From Eledone cirrhosa (Eukaryota): DNA of 64,000 nucleotides. The notes under the pieces were generated by a model, which saw only the letters and a list, made by a program, of their open reading frames with translations, did not search any database and was not told the origin of the DNA. Positions 37,130 to 51,479 of this stretch are shown here, in pieces. Every line of letters starts with the position of its first letter. Positions within the stretch are counted from its first letter, which is position 1. Location of the stretch: positions 146,878,001-146,942,000 of the forward strand of contig OZ024741.1 in the NCBI GenBank assembly GCA_964016885.1. Direction: 5' to 3'. The position numbers were made by a program, and so were the translations under genes.

Positions 37130-40100
37130 ATGCAAAGACATGCCGGGGAGTTTACATATAGACGTGAAAAAAATATAAAACAAACAATTACAACAATCAA
37201 AATCCCCAATAGGGGGGAAGCGCCACAAATGGGTTGTTTAACACCCCGTCGATAGAACAACCCTCAACTCCAGGAGCATGTTGTGCAAGTGCCCCTTTCT
37301 TCCTTTTGCTCTCTTCTTTAACCTACAGGCTTATAAACAGAGAAGGCCCAATCACTCGGGCCATTTTCGCTTCATTCACCCACCTTTCAGTAAATTTACT
37401 GTGGTGCAGTGCCTCTCTCTCCACTCTGATTCTCCTTCTAAAGTGATACTTAAAGAAGGGAATCAATTGTTTTCCGGAGAGAAAGTCATCAGTCCTCAGT
37501 CCTCTCAATCTCGTCCACCATATAACATCTTTCACCATAGCCACTGTTTACAGAGGAAAACCGCCTCTCTTTCGTTTTTGAAAGAGGCTGGCGGTTTGAT
37601 TCTTACTATGGACTCGGCAGTCAACTGGATTTGTCCCATACGCGACAGCAGTTGTTCTGCATAGTTCCACAGGTCGGTTACGCCCGAGCAGTGTACAATT
37701 GCGTGCAGGACTGTTTCAATGTCCTGCGCGCATCTTGGACACGTCCTCTTGGAAGGATCCCTGCCGGGGCGTCCGTGTCTGTAGATCTTGTCACGAACCG
37801 GTAGAACTCCTCGGTAGCACTGCCAGGCCAGGGACCTCTGGAAGTTGTTCATAGGTCCCGGGCGGAAAGTCCTACCAAACAGACTGGTGAGCTCATCGTC
37901 TTCGACGCCCAGAGTCTCTCCGAGCACGTCGTCGCCCTTGTAATGTACAATCCCTCTATAGAATGTCAAAGTGGAGTCTCCACTAATTGCTGCGCCCGCT
38001 TGCCAGAGGACTGTAAGCGCGTGAGCGCATTCAATGTGCCAGGCGCCCATCGTTTTCGGTCTTTTCTTCACGCAGAACTGCAGCTCCGTCAGCGAGACGA
38101 GCTGTGGGAAAGCCTGTCTCACAAAAGGTGCCCACACCGGTTGGGGGGTCGGTGAGGGATACCTGGAGATGCTGCAGCCTCGGCGCATGTTTGCGCATCA
38201 TCAGCCACGGCATTCCCAGCCCTCCGTTGGAAGGGTGCTGACAGCAGACGGATCTCCTCACCAGCGGAGCCTGCTTCTTCCACAGAAACTGAAAGAGCAT
38301 GCGTTCCATCTTGGCGAGGTGTTCATGGGGACAAGGCACGACAGTCAAGCGGTAGTAGATGACGGACGCTATGAAAGTGTTCGCCACCTCCGCTCGACCT
38401 TTCAAAGACAGTTTGCACTCTGCCCACTTCTGGGTGAGCGCAAACACCTTGGCCGTTACCTCGTTCCAGTTTTTCTCCACCTGGAGGTCTGGACTGAACC
38501 AGACCCCGAGCAATTTCACCGGTCCGTCCAGCGTCCAACGACGCTGTCGGACGTCATCGGTTTGCCTCTCCACGTACCGAATTGCAAATCGACAGATTTG
38601 TCCGGGTTTAGTTTTGCTCGCGTCAGCGTTTCGTATTCTTTCAGTAAGTTACCGATCACCCAGATTTCCGAGGTGCTCGACACCATTACCGTCACGTCGT
38701 CGGCATAAGCCGACGCCGCTTTGCGCAGTCCCGGTTCTAGAGGGATGCCCTGCAACAGCTCCAATTTCCGCAGTAGTGGCTCTAGAGGCAATACATACAG
38801 ATTGGAGGAGAGAGGGGTCCCCTGTCGAATCGAACGCGTGATTGCGAACGGCTCCGGTAGGTAGCCGTTCACCTTGACCCTCGAGCAGATGCTGGTGTAC
38901 ATCGCCTCGATCCAGCCTCTGAAAACGGGACTGAAAACGGGACCGAAACAGGCCGCCCTGAGAACCGCTTCCAAGTATCGATGGAAGACCCTATCGAATG
39001 CCTTAGACTGATCCAAATTGATCAGAGCGCCACCGAAGCCGGGTTTACTACCCACCCTCTCTATAATGTATCGCATAAGGTGGACATTGTCGTGTATGGA
39101 CCTGGTCGGGATTGCACACGTTTGCGCTTTCTCTACCAGGTTCTCGACGACAAGCGCCAACCTCGTCGCTAGCACCTTGGCAAAAATCTTTAACTCTGTG
39201 TTGAGCAGAGTTATGGGCCTGAAGTTGTTAATTTCGTCCCCTTTATTCTCGTCTTTCCTGATCAGCGTTACTACGCCCCATTCCTGCAGAACTGGGAATT
39301 CTCCAGTTCTGCTGCCAATTGCAGTAGACGGCTTCGAGGACGCCAGAGAACAATCCGGCATGCCTATGTAAAACTCATAGGGTAGACCATCTAGACCTGG
39401 TGACTTGCGTTTCCCGCAGCGGCCCAGAGCGTCCCGTATCTCAGTGTCCGTGATCGGTCTTTCGCAGAACTCGGTGTCCGTGTTCGAGAGACGAGGCAGG
39501 CCGTCGAGGTGTCAACTAAAGTCAATTACCCCGTTCGGCTCACCGTCGTTCTGCTCAAACAGTCGCGCAAAGTGCTGCTGAAAGGCAGCGCACATTTGCT
39601 TGGGGTCAAGTAGCACGCGTCCGTTTTGGTCTTTCAAAGGCCGAATCGTTGAGTTGTTGCCACTTTTTGCCTCCGCCACTCGGGCCCAGCTGACAGCTTT
39701 CGCTCCTTCGTTTCCTAGAGCACGTGTTTTGCTTCTGACCACGCAGCCCTCGTGTTTCGTGTCGAAGAAATGGTCTAGTGCCGTTCTCGACGCTAACACT
39801 CTAGCCGCGTTGCCACTTCTAAGTGCCTCCTCTACCTTGGCTACTAGTTCTCTTTCTATTTTGTTTTTCTCTAAGGCTAACTCTCTGCTATACCCTATCG
39901 ATTCTATTCTAATTGCTTTCTTGAGCGAGTACCACCATCTATTGTTGACGATGGCTCCCGTTAACTGTTGCTTGACTAGTCTACTTATCCGTTCGCTGTA
40001 AGCTGTACGTGCCAGCAACGACACGTCCAGCTTCCAGTATCCGGGTCCCTGTCTATGTATTCTATCACGGTTGACTAAGCAGACGACTAATTTGTGATAT

Positions 40101-40334
40101 GAGTAAGCAACCATGTGCATTCGTGGACAGCTTAACATCTCCTTGTCCCTTTCTCTAATGAAGAACCTATTTAAATACGATCTAGATGTCCCGCTGCGGT
40201 TTGCCCACGTCCATTGTGGTGCAGTCGGGAAATCCAGTCGATACCTATCGGCCAGTTGGAATTGGCAGATTAAAGTTTTGAGGCTGTTGCACCCCACTCT
40301 AGTGGGACATGCTCCCACATAGTCCCATCGTGCA
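37130..40334 (-). mobile_element. Tx1/L1-clade LINE ORF2, 5'-truncated, frameshifted (copy 1)
   Basis: APE end (WTW..SYLNR..HKLV, GPGYWKLD); RT NFRPITLLN, LDQSKAFDRV, IRQGTPLS, AYADDV; knuckle CPRC..ETVLHAIVHC. Confidence 0.92.
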
Positions 40335-41914
40335 TATATAGATAGATAGATAGACGTGTACCAAACACACACACACACATATTTCTTACTCTCTCTGTCC
40401 CTCCCTCTTTCTCTCTGCATTTATATATATATATATAGTGTTTATCAATTTTTAGCATCTTTTTCATTTATCGTTTTCGGTGCGCCCGGCCGATTAACTC
40501 ACGCGATATACAAATTAGGCTGCTCAGCCGTTAATATGCATAAAAAAAGTATATACTTTCAGACATTCAATCATCTGGCAGGAAGGTATACGGTGCTGAC
40601 GATAGCTAATAAGCTTGAAACTAGTACATCGTTCCTTTGTCAGTGTTGAACAAAAGGGCAACGATGGTTGCTAAACACTGTACGGCTTAATTCGGGATGT
40701 TTGTTTACAAACAAACCGAGCATTATAATGAATGCTCGGTAAATCCATACGTACATATATATATGTGTGCATGTATGTATATATATATACATACTAATGT
40801 ACGTCTGTATACATACTTATATTTAAGTAACAGCCGTACTAAGAGTGAGAAATGAAATTTCGTTTCATTTTTCCATGTATATATATATATATGGCGTTGT
40901 TGAAAAGAGCAGTGGTCTTTTACCTGGCAATAAAAACTAGAGACAAAATTCTTTCTGTACCAAAACCAAGGCACACACACACACACAAGTTTCTGTGTGT
41001 ATGTATGTGTGTGTGTATATATGTGTGTGTATATATGTGTGTGTGTATGTGCGTGTGTGCGTGCGTGCGCGTTTATGTGTGTGTATCTATCTATGTATAT
41101 ATGTAAGCGACACAGATATGGTTTTCTCACTGTCACCAAGCTTCTCAGTTCATTCGTTGCTACTAAGTATTTTATTTTGCTACGAGGTATTTTATTTTGC
41201 AAGGTACTATTTTTCCCCTGAGTTTGTGATTTCAGAGAAAGGTAAGAAATTCTTCATATTTTGCATCTTTTGTATTTTGACTTTACAGTTTCAATTGTAG
41301 AATTGTCTATCCACTCAAAATATTACAACAGCTAACAGTGAAATATAGAATTTAAAAAAAAAAGCTTTTTCGACTGAGATCAAATCTTTTTTTTTTTTTT
41401 TTAAATATATAATTTGAAATAGTTTGCTTTTGTTTTGGACTGAAACTTTTTTGTATTTAATTCGTACGAGTATTGTTTAAAGATTCTAAGATAATTTGAT
41501 TTGGCCCAGTAATCTACTGATATCAAAATCAGTAGTATATTGAAAAATGGAAAAATAGGGTAGGGGGGCGTTTCGTGCTTTCGAGTGGCAAAGAGAACCT
41601 TTGCTCTAGACAATTTGGTGACACAAGCCCCAAGATAAAGGAATAAATATCTTTGAGGCCAAAAGGTCAACGTGTGTGGTTGCAATGACCTATTTAACTT
41701 GGGGACAAATGTTCAAATCATACTGCTTAGATTCACTACATATATATTATATATTTTGAATTTGTTTGGCTAGATTCTTTATCTGAAATTGTATGAGTGG
41801 AACAGCAACATCACAACTTACAATTAAAGACAAAATGAAAACACACACGCACATAGAACAAACAACCAACCGGTAACATGTAAATAAACAAATAAATAAA
41901 CGAATATAAACACA

Positions 41915-41985
41915 CACAGACACCCGGATGTGGCGCATGCGCAGACTGAGCACACAACACACACACAGAAATAAAATGGCGTAGG
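41915..41985. promoter_or_regulatory. Putative housekeeping (possibly bidirectional) promoter: ETS + NRF1 + YY1 motifs
   Basis: ccggatgt at 41924, GCGCATGCGC at 41933-41942 and AAAATGGCG at 41973-41981, in non-repetitive CpG-containing DNA; minus-strand donor GTAAGT at 41821. Confidence 0.55.
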
Positions 41986-42304
41986 ACAGAACAAAGGAGA
42001 GACACAAAAACAAAGAAAAGAATCCACAGTCACTGAAGAGGTCACAGAATGTGTGACGAAAGAACTTTGACAATATATAAACAACTATCTGGTTGTGGAA
42101 CCAACCAACCAACCAGAAATTTATAAATTTATTATAATAAATTGAAGTGAAAGCAACTGGTGCGTGTCTTTCTTATTGGTAACATGACCCTCCCGAAGTA
42201 TAACAATATATTATATATTCTTTTAGGTAAATTCCACGCAATGATATATATATTCCTGTAGGTAAATTACATCCAATAGTATATATTATCCTTTAGGCAA
42301 ATAC

Positions 42305-42307
<3 letters not shown>

Positions 42308-42381
<74 letters not shown>
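42308..42381. repeat. (TA)n microsatellite
   Basis: Directly visible. Confidence 0.95.
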
Positions 42382-42385
<4 letters not shown>

Positions 42386-43990
42386 CATCTCAGGAATAGT
42401 TGCTGAGATGCTGAAGGCATCAGGAGAAGTAGGTACTAAACTGGTTGAATGCATCATCAATCAAGCTATATATGGTGGAGTCATACCTAAAGACTGGTGC
42501 AGCAGTATTCTCATAAATTGTTACAACGGTAAAGGGGATGCTCTGGAGAGGAGCAATTATAGGGGTATAAAACTGATGGATCAGGTTATGAAGTGGCAGA
42601 AAGAATATTAGCGCAACTAATTAGAGAAAGAGTCAAACTAGATGAGATGCAGTTTGGTTTTGTGCCTGGGAAGAGACAACTACAAGAGAGATTCTTAGAG
42701 AAGAATAAGCCACTATACTTAGCTTTTGCTGACTTAGAGAAGGCCTTTGATAGGGTACTCTGATCTGTCATCTGGTGGTCCCTAAGGAAACTAGGTGTAG
42801 AGGAATGGCTTGTGAGTACAGTGAAAGCTATGTACATGGGTGCTGTCAGTAAAGTGAGAGTAGGAATGGAGTTTAGTGAGGAAGTCCAGATACAAGTAGG
42901 AGTACATCAGGGTTCGGTCCTCAGCCCGCTCTTGTTCATTATAGTCCTCCAAGCTATAACAGAGGAGTTTAAGACTGGCTGCCCATGAGAACTTCTCTAT
43001 GCTGACGATGTGGTTCTTATAGCAGAATCAGTAGAGGAGCTAGAGAATAAATTCTGGCTATGGAAAAAGTAGTTGCAATCAAGAGGTCTGAGAGTGAACC
43101 TAGCTAAGACAAAAGTGTTGATAAGTAGAAAAGAGGACCAAACTCTGATTCCGTCAGAGAAATGGCCATGTTCGATATGTGGGAAAGGAACTGGCATAAA
43201 TTCTATAAAATGCACACAATGCAGATCTTGGTGCACAAGAGATGTAGTGGGATAGCAGGCAACTAACAAGTAGGGAAAACTACATATGCAGTAGATGCAC
43301 AGGGAAATTTGACTGTAGAAGTCGTAGTGATAGACACATTATTCAAATGTAGGTGGGTTCTATAGAAGTGGTTGATAGCTTCCAGTACCTAGGTGATCAG
43401 ATTAGCATAGGAAGGGGGTGTTCTAAGGCCATAGTATCTAGAATAAGAACGGGTTGGAAGAAGTTTAGGGAGCTGCTTCCTCTGTTGACAAAGAAGGGTT
43501 TCTCCCTGCGTACGAAAGGACGGTTATATGATGCCTGTGTGAGATGCGCTACACTGCATGGTAGTGAGACATGGGCAGCAACTGCAGAGGATATGCGACG
43601 GCTGGAGAGAAATGAAGCAAGCATGCTCCATTGGATGTGCAATGTCAATGTGCATGAACGACCAAGCATAGATGAGTTGAGGGACAAACTGTGTATAAGA
43701 GGGATAAGTTGTACTGTGCGGGAGACAAGAATGCGATGGTATGGACATGTAATGCACATGGAGGATGACCGCTGGGTAAAGAAGTGCCAAGAAATCCCAG
43801 TGGAAGCAAGACTTAGTAGAGGAAGACCATGAAAAACATGGGCAGAGGTGGTGAAAGCCGACCTCAGATCACTGAAGCTCACAGAGAAGATGATGAAGGA
43901 CCGTAACAAGTGAAGAATTGATGTGCTGAATATGACCTGTCCCACCCTTGCAAGCATGGAAAAGCAGACATAAAATGATGATGATGATGA
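42382..43990 (+). mobile_element. RTE LINE, decayed (copy D)
   Basis: AEMLKASG, IPKDW, NYRGIKL, YADD, FQYLGD, RMRWYGHV, RGRP; (GAT)n tail. Confidence 0.92.
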
Positions 43991-44289
43991 TATATATATA
44001 GTCTTTTAGGTGAGGAGTCCAGTAAGTCAAATGAAGGTGGTTTGGAGTGCTACTTATGCAGTGAAAGCTATTCAGGAGAAGCAATTACTTGTCACCACTC
44101 ATTTACTAAATTCTATTACAATTCTTTTTTGTTTACCATTTCAATTTCACCAAAACAAAAAAGGAAAAAGAGACAAAAAACAAACATAACAATAAGTAAT
44201 TATCGATGAATTCATTTCTCTGTTTTAGCTTGCCCCCAACTTTTACTTCTGTGCAGTCCTTGAATACATTCCTATTATATGACCATATA

Positions 44290-44900
44290 CCCCATCAGCC
44301 ACACAGTGGCCTGGTTAGATTAAACATTGTTAGTCAGCAAAGAGACAACAACAAAAAAAAACAATGCCACCATTTTTAAAGATGGCAGAAAAGATTGTGA
44401 GACAGCTGGCTTCGTTACATCAAATTCAAAGCCAAAGTTAGTCACACCAACATTCGCTACCACCACAAATAAAGGACTCAGGGTGGCCATCACTGATACC
44501 CACACAAATGTCATATCAGTAGCCACCACTGACACCCAAAATGTCACACCAATGCTACTGCTAAATGTCAGAAGCTTTGTAAAACTGACCAACATATGTA
44601 AGATCCCCTACTTAAGAGACCTAGTAGCCAGAAGCAATCAAGCAATATGCATGGCACTAACTGAAAATTATCGGACAGCCTCCCTCACAAGCTATGTTGA
44701 TGACACGAAAGTAGCTCAGGCAATCAAGAAACTGACTGATGCTACTATCTTACATGATTTAGATGCCATATATGAATGGGCAATATGCAATTTAATACAG
44801 GTAAGATTCAAGCCCTCCACTATCAACCCACAAACATGGTGTGCATATAGATATTTTCCAGAGACACCTGGACATCCTGCTGACCAAGATTGCAGATGAA
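44290..44900 (+). mobile_element. CR1/L2-like LINE remnant with large internal deletion
   Basis: APE start LLNVRS..ICMALTE joined directly to RT SYVDDTKV..DLDAIYEWA. Confidence 0.55.
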
Positions 44901-46853
44901 CCCACAGCACAAGGCAAATTACAAATAAGGGTGGCAGCAACAAACTCCCTTTTGCATCATTGGCCAACCAAAGAAAGCTGGCTGTAGAAAGGGTAGTATT
45001 ATTGGTGGTGCATCACTATGGCCTCAGTCTGCTGGTTGGAACATGTAATAGAGTAATTTAAATCTAAATTATTCAGATTATAGGGTCATTATATGAATGA
45101 CCAGAAGACCTGTGTGGTGAAACAATTTTGTAACAATGTATCAACCTTCATCCTCCAGTTTTCCACTACTGTTGTCACATAACTTGCTTCCCAAACCTCA
45201 CCAATCTCATCGCCATCATCAGATTAGAACAGAATTTCTCCTGTTCACCCCTTTAGTCATCCTACCACTCCCACAACAGCCAGCCTGTCTCCAACGTTAT
45301 CTCCCTCCTATCCAAGCCTCACTGCCAGAGTTAATGCTGCTCACCCAGTTCCCCCTGGGCAGAGTCATTAGCATATCGGATTAAAAATGCCCTGGTATTT
45401 GTCCTGACTCACTCTGCTCTGAGTGCCATGGTCAACTTTGTCATTCATCCTTTTGAGGTCAATAAATAAATACCATCCAATTTGTGGTCAATTCTTCTTC
45501 TATATCCCCCTCTCTCTCCTTCTCTGAAAGAAATCAATTGTGTTCAGAGTTGGTGAAGGATGAGATCAACCATGTATGCCCAAGATATGCTGCATGTCAG
45601 GAAAGTGCCCAACGACTTTACTTTACCCAAGGTGTAATTTGCAGGAAATTTATGTGCTGTTTCTAGTAGGATGAAAAACTTCATAGTAGCTTCTTCAGTG
45701 TCTTGTTCCTCAAATAATGTTAGTACATGAGGCAATGTCAGTCCAATAATGACTTCTCTTGTTGACAACATATGCTATCAACAAAGCTGATAACATACAC
45801 AAATATACACATACATACACAAATTGACATAGAAACACACACATGTGTGCGTTCACTCTCACATACACATGCATGTATACCCAGTTGAGATATTTCAAAA
45901 TTTATCTCTCTACTTCTCTGAATGAGAAAATCTTGAATTCTACTAATTACAAATTTGTGTTCCTTGAACAACAGAATTAAATGCAGACACCTGCACTCCT
46001 ATATGCATTACACATGTACACATGCAGACACTAAGACATGCACCCAATGCACATACATGAACTTACATACACACACATATATTCATTCATATAAACACAT
46101 GCACACACATACATTCACACATTAAATCTTGATATTACTCAACTGATTAGCTACTTTCCCTTAAATCCAAACATATATAATGAAGACTAAATGTCTATTT
46201 TCTACGATGAATTCACGTGAAAGATAAGAATTTCTCTAGAGATAGCTTAAACAGAGTCAGAATGAGATCTTCTTCAAGCTGTATGAATGCCATTTTCTCA
46301 AGTGTTTTTAATAAGTGCTGAAGCAGAAGGCTTTTGTCACATGCGCTCTTTAATGGCAAAGAGAAGAGAAAATTGAATTTACACAATTTCTTGAATGAAA
46401 ATCTAAATGGAGACATGTTTACTCAATTGGGAAAAAATGTGTAAAAGTTGTGATAATTTCCATAGAAGGAAAGAAATCTTTATAATATTTTTCTTTTGTT
46501 CTTTTACTTTCTTTTACCAAAATGTCTTAATGTTAAGATATAACTGTATCGAAGTTTAAATTTTCAGCAATGCTTTTGTAAAATTAATTCTAAATAATAA
46601 TAGATTTTAGTTAATGTTTCAAGTTAATTAAATTTTAACTATAAAACAGATAGCGAAAGATAATTAACTCTAAATGCATTGCATTTGTAACTCAAAATTA
46701 CTCAATCAGCAAGATATAAAAAGAGTAAAAACAACTTGAAACAAAAGAAATCAATGGAAACTAAATTACCAATTAACATTTGGTAAATATCAAATAGCTA
46801 CAGAAACATTCAATCATCATCATCATCATCATCATCATCGCTGTTTTATGACT

Positions 46854-47040
46854 ATTTTCCATGCTTAGATGACTGTCACTTGTTCATACATCCAATTTTG
46901 GCTTCACTTCTATGGCTGGATGACTTTCCTAATGCCAACCACTTCATAAAGGCTATTGGATTTATTTTCTCATGGCACCACTACAATCATCTGTCAGGGT
47001 GGACTGGGTGCATTTTATCATGTCACCAGCACTACAAAAT
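46854..47040 (-). mobile_element. RTE 3'-end fragment; (ATC)n tail at 46813-46839
   Basis: ttttccatgct..tctatggctggatgactttcctaatgccaaccact. Confidence 0.65.
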
Positions 47041-50000
47041 AGTTTTTATTTTTATTATCTATATTGTTTTATTGTTTTATTTGTTTCAGTCATTAAACTT
47101 CAACCATTGTCTAATTTGTCTTTTCTGTTAAAGATAGTAGAGTGTGATTTAACCCTTTAAACACCAACCCAACCAAAACCACCTCATTTAAAGTGTTCAA
47201 ATTTATATTCAAATCTTTGATTGAAATCTCATTTAGATTTTTACTATTATGACTTTTATTATTATGTTGAATGTTAGTTATTTCAATTAACCTCTTATAA
47301 TACTTGATCACTCTGATAATTAAAATACAATGGTAGTATATTCTCATTAGAAATATGGTAATTAAGGCAGATTTGGCTGCTATTTCTAGTAAACCTAACA
47401 ACCAAGAAGGAATTTCCTCACTGTCTCCAAATATTGTCATGTTAATATATTACTTTATGTCCCCTGCTTCATTCACAACTTTATTTACATCAACGAACAG
47501 GTAAATTTCTTTCAAATAAAGAAGGAAACATTGGATAATATAGACCCTGATAGACAAGTGAGGTGGGTCACATCTGAAACAACTTTTATCATAATAGGTC
47601 TTCTAGATTAGATCTCACCTGAAATTAAACAATAGCATATTTACACTTGTGATGTAATCTATGTCACCTACACGTTTATGAAGTCAAGGCACACGATTTA
47701 ATGGTTATGATGTTGGGCTCACAATTATAAGATCATAAGTTAGATGTTCAACCCAGGCAGTGCATTGTGTCCTTGAGTAAGACACATTATTTCATGTTGC
47801 TCCAATCTACTCAACTAAATAAATGAATACCAGCAATAGCTGGTGGGGTTAACCCTGCAATTGAGTAACATCTCCTCTTAGTGGCTTAATGCCCATGAAA
47901 CAGGATACATTCTGGTCTTACGAACCTCCAGCGACTAAGTCATACTTTAAACCATTCATTACAATATTTCTGAGGAGATATCCATCCATGGTCCTGTAAA
48001 AACATGATAGAGTTGCAGGGCCACTGTTACAATGTCTTGAGTATTGTAAACATGGTGGAGTTTATCCATTTACAGGTTTGAACACAGCTGATTCTTCAGG
48101 AGAAAGATAGGGAGAGAGTGAGAGAAAGGATAGAGAAAGAATTGATCCCAGTACTGGACTGGACTGGTATCTTTTTGTTGATATATTGAACAAACTTAAC
48201 CTTAGCGAGATTTGATTGCCGAGATATAAAATGAATACTGTACAGCATTCTATCTGACCTAATAACTCTGCCAATTTGCTGCCTACCTGAGAAGGTATAC
48301 CACCTATGTTTTCTAATATATTTTGAAAATAAAAAAAGATTTGTTGTAAGAGAATATAATTTACCTAAATATTCTGAGATAAAATTATAATGGGCAGTTT
48401 TAGTTTAATTATTCATTTTCGATTTAGGTACAAAATCACCAAATTTTAGGGGAAGGGCAAAGTTGATAAAATCAACCACAGTATTTGACTAGTACTTTAT
48501 TTTATCCACCCCAAAAGGATGAAAAACAAAGTTGACCTCAGCAGGATTTGAACACAGAATGTAGAAAGTTGTAAGTAGATACCACAAAGCATTTTGTCTG
48601 ATACTACTGAAACTGGTAATCCATCACCCTAGTTAATAATGACATTTTAAAATGGGGTGGTTTTATATGATAGAACCAGCAGAAGTTTTGAGTTGCTTGG
48701 TTTTAACAGGGTTAACTGAACTAACATAATTGTGAAAGTACTGCTGAAGCCTTAGATAAAACTGAATCAATCACTTACCACAGACTGGCAGTATGAAATA
48801 TTATACTATGACAATTAAATATGATTTTATATATTCAACACTTTAGTAAATATGCTTGTAGGTAGCATTCCATTCAATTATATACAGTAAACAGTTGTCA
48901 GAGATTCAACAGTGAATATAAAATATTTTAACTGTATATGTGAAATGTGTCCACATCAAACACTGTGTGGCTTAGATATTAGAATGTGAGAATGTTCACC
49001 TCACGATAGTGAAGTGATGAATTTCACTGCCAGTAGTCCTGGAGCAAAAGACCTATCATAAATGTATTGTAGCTGTAATTAAAAGGGGGCCAGCCTTGTC
49101 TCTAACTGTGTTATGCTGAATTGTTCTAGGAACTATATTAAAGGTAGACATCTGCGTAATTTCACTAACAGACTGTTCATGCATACTACATATGCAACTG
49201 CATATTGTGAAAATGATCCTAAGAATGATACTTCATAGGAAGTAATTTAGTGGGAGAAGGATTTTAAAATGTTAGCAGTTCAACCTTTCATAAAAAACCT
49301 TCAGTGAAGAAGCATGATAACAACAAAAACAACAATCACTGGGCTGACAATGATTAGGAAATCAATAATGATAATGATGATAGTGATGATCTTGATAATG
49401 ATGATTTCGATACTGATGATAATGTGGATGTTGATAAAGGTGACAGTAAGGATTCACATCTCATAGGTTTTCTTTCATTCTTTTTATAATTTCAGTCATT
49501 AGATTGTGGCCATTCTAGGACACTGCCTTAATTTAGTCAATCATATCAATGCCATTACTTATTTTTTTTTAGTTTGGCATTTATTTTATCAATCGCTTTT
49601 TGATGAACTACTAGGTCACAGGATATAAACACAGACACGAATGTTAAGACACACACGCGTATATATATAACTGAATTTTTAAATTTTTCAATATATATAT
49701 ATATATATATATAATGGGCTTCTGCAGTTTCCATCTACCAAATTTCATTCATAGGGCATTGGTCAACCCAACGCTACGTGGACAAGGTGCTGCACAGTAG
49801 GACTAAACCCAGAGCCACATAGTTGCAAAGCAATCTCCTTTGTCATACCTACACCTGGTTTAAAAATATTTCCAATAAAAGATCAATGTGTGTTGTTAGA
49901 ATATCCAATATATTTATCGTTAAATTATTACATGATTTGTTACTAAAATTATCTGAAGTTTTCCTTAATTTTTAGTCATTTTCTTAACAGAAAGAGAAAA

Positions 50001-50701
50001 AATACCACCTTGTATGAAAATGTCTGTTGCATTAATATTGATTTGAAGTAATGTTTAATACGGCAATTTATATAAACACTGATTGTTATGTTTCTTAAAC
50101 ATCCATTATGATTAATTTATTCATTTTGCAAATATCTATCACAATCACAAAGACTACAAAATATTGCTTCTTTTCAAAATAACAATGTTGAACATTGAGA
50201 AATTTAAAAATTCTATTATGCAAAACTTATTCTATTTTAGCCGATTATGTGTGCGGATAGATTCTTTTATTCAAGTTTCAAAAGAAATGTTGTGATTCTA
50301 TCAACTCTATTTGCCAATTGATGTAAACATACATGAGGAAATGTTATAGGAGCAACAACAAGAATAAAGAGAAAGTACAAGAAAATAATATAACAAGCAG
50401 TGGAATCTCATAGAAATCTCAACAACTGTTTTCAATGAAAATATTCCTATTTACAGATGCTATAAATGGCATGCACTTTATACTACTGAAGTTCTAACAT
50501 CACTCAATTAAATACAGTTGCTGTCAATGTTTACAGTAGTTCATTAGAGCAGATACTGAAATTGAGAGAGATGCAATATATTATTGAATTTCACTTTACA
50601 GTAGTCAGTGTCCCTCTACATTGTATTTTGATACCAACCAGCCTAAAACTGGCTCAGGTACTATGAAACAAAATCACCCATTTTAAAAGATTTTTATTTA
50701 A

Positions 50702-50922
50702 CCCTTTAGCATTTAAACCAGCCATATCCGGCTAGAACGCTCTCACCTCTTTCTATTCAAACTGGCCATAACTAACCACTCATACTGATGTTAAGGTATT
50801 GTTCTCAAAACAAATAATATCAAAATCTCACAGATTCGATATTATGTAAGATAATCATATGAGGTAAAGCCTTTACCGTGAAAATATGAAAGCAAATATA
50901 AAGTTATGTATATGCTAAAAGG
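50702..50922 (+). mobile_element. piggyBac-like MITE, family B, complete, nested in a family A copy (50625-51083)
   Basis: TTAA-CCCTTTAGCAT ... ATGCTAAAAGG-TTAA. Confidence 0.88.
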
Positions 50923-51479
50923 TTAAATGAAAACCTTCCAACATAATTTTATATAAGAACCAGATGTTAAGTTCCTATCTTAGTAATGGAATTATTAATG
51001 ATTTTAGTAAATCCCACCAAATTCTTCAGTAACTAATTGAAATACAGTGTGTTTGATTCAGAATGCAGTTAAGAAAGGTTTAATATAAAACAATCAGTGT
51101 TTCTATATTGTATATTCCCATTGTTTGATCAATGGAAGAGCCTGCTCATAAAATGAAGCTGAGCATTCCACAAACACATGTACTCTTAATGTAAGAGAGA
51201 TTCAGAATGACACAGTGTGTGACAAGGTTCACCCTTTGAATGACAGGTACAGTCATCCAATGGGCTCCCAAATAGTGTCTGTCTACTCAGTTTCACTCAC
51301 AAAGGATGGATCAATCTGAAACTAAGGTAAATAACACCAAGATGCCATTCCGTGGAATCGAACTTGGGACCATATAATTGTGAATTTAATATCTTAAACA
51401 TTCAGTCATGATGCATCCACATATTGAGTCTCTATATTGTAACCAAGGAAAATGGATTCAATGTAATTCTGTTGTAATG

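Noticed and set aside
46213-46416. 67-aa ORF in unique sequence as a host exon
   Set aside because: No recognisable domain or convincing splice-site pair
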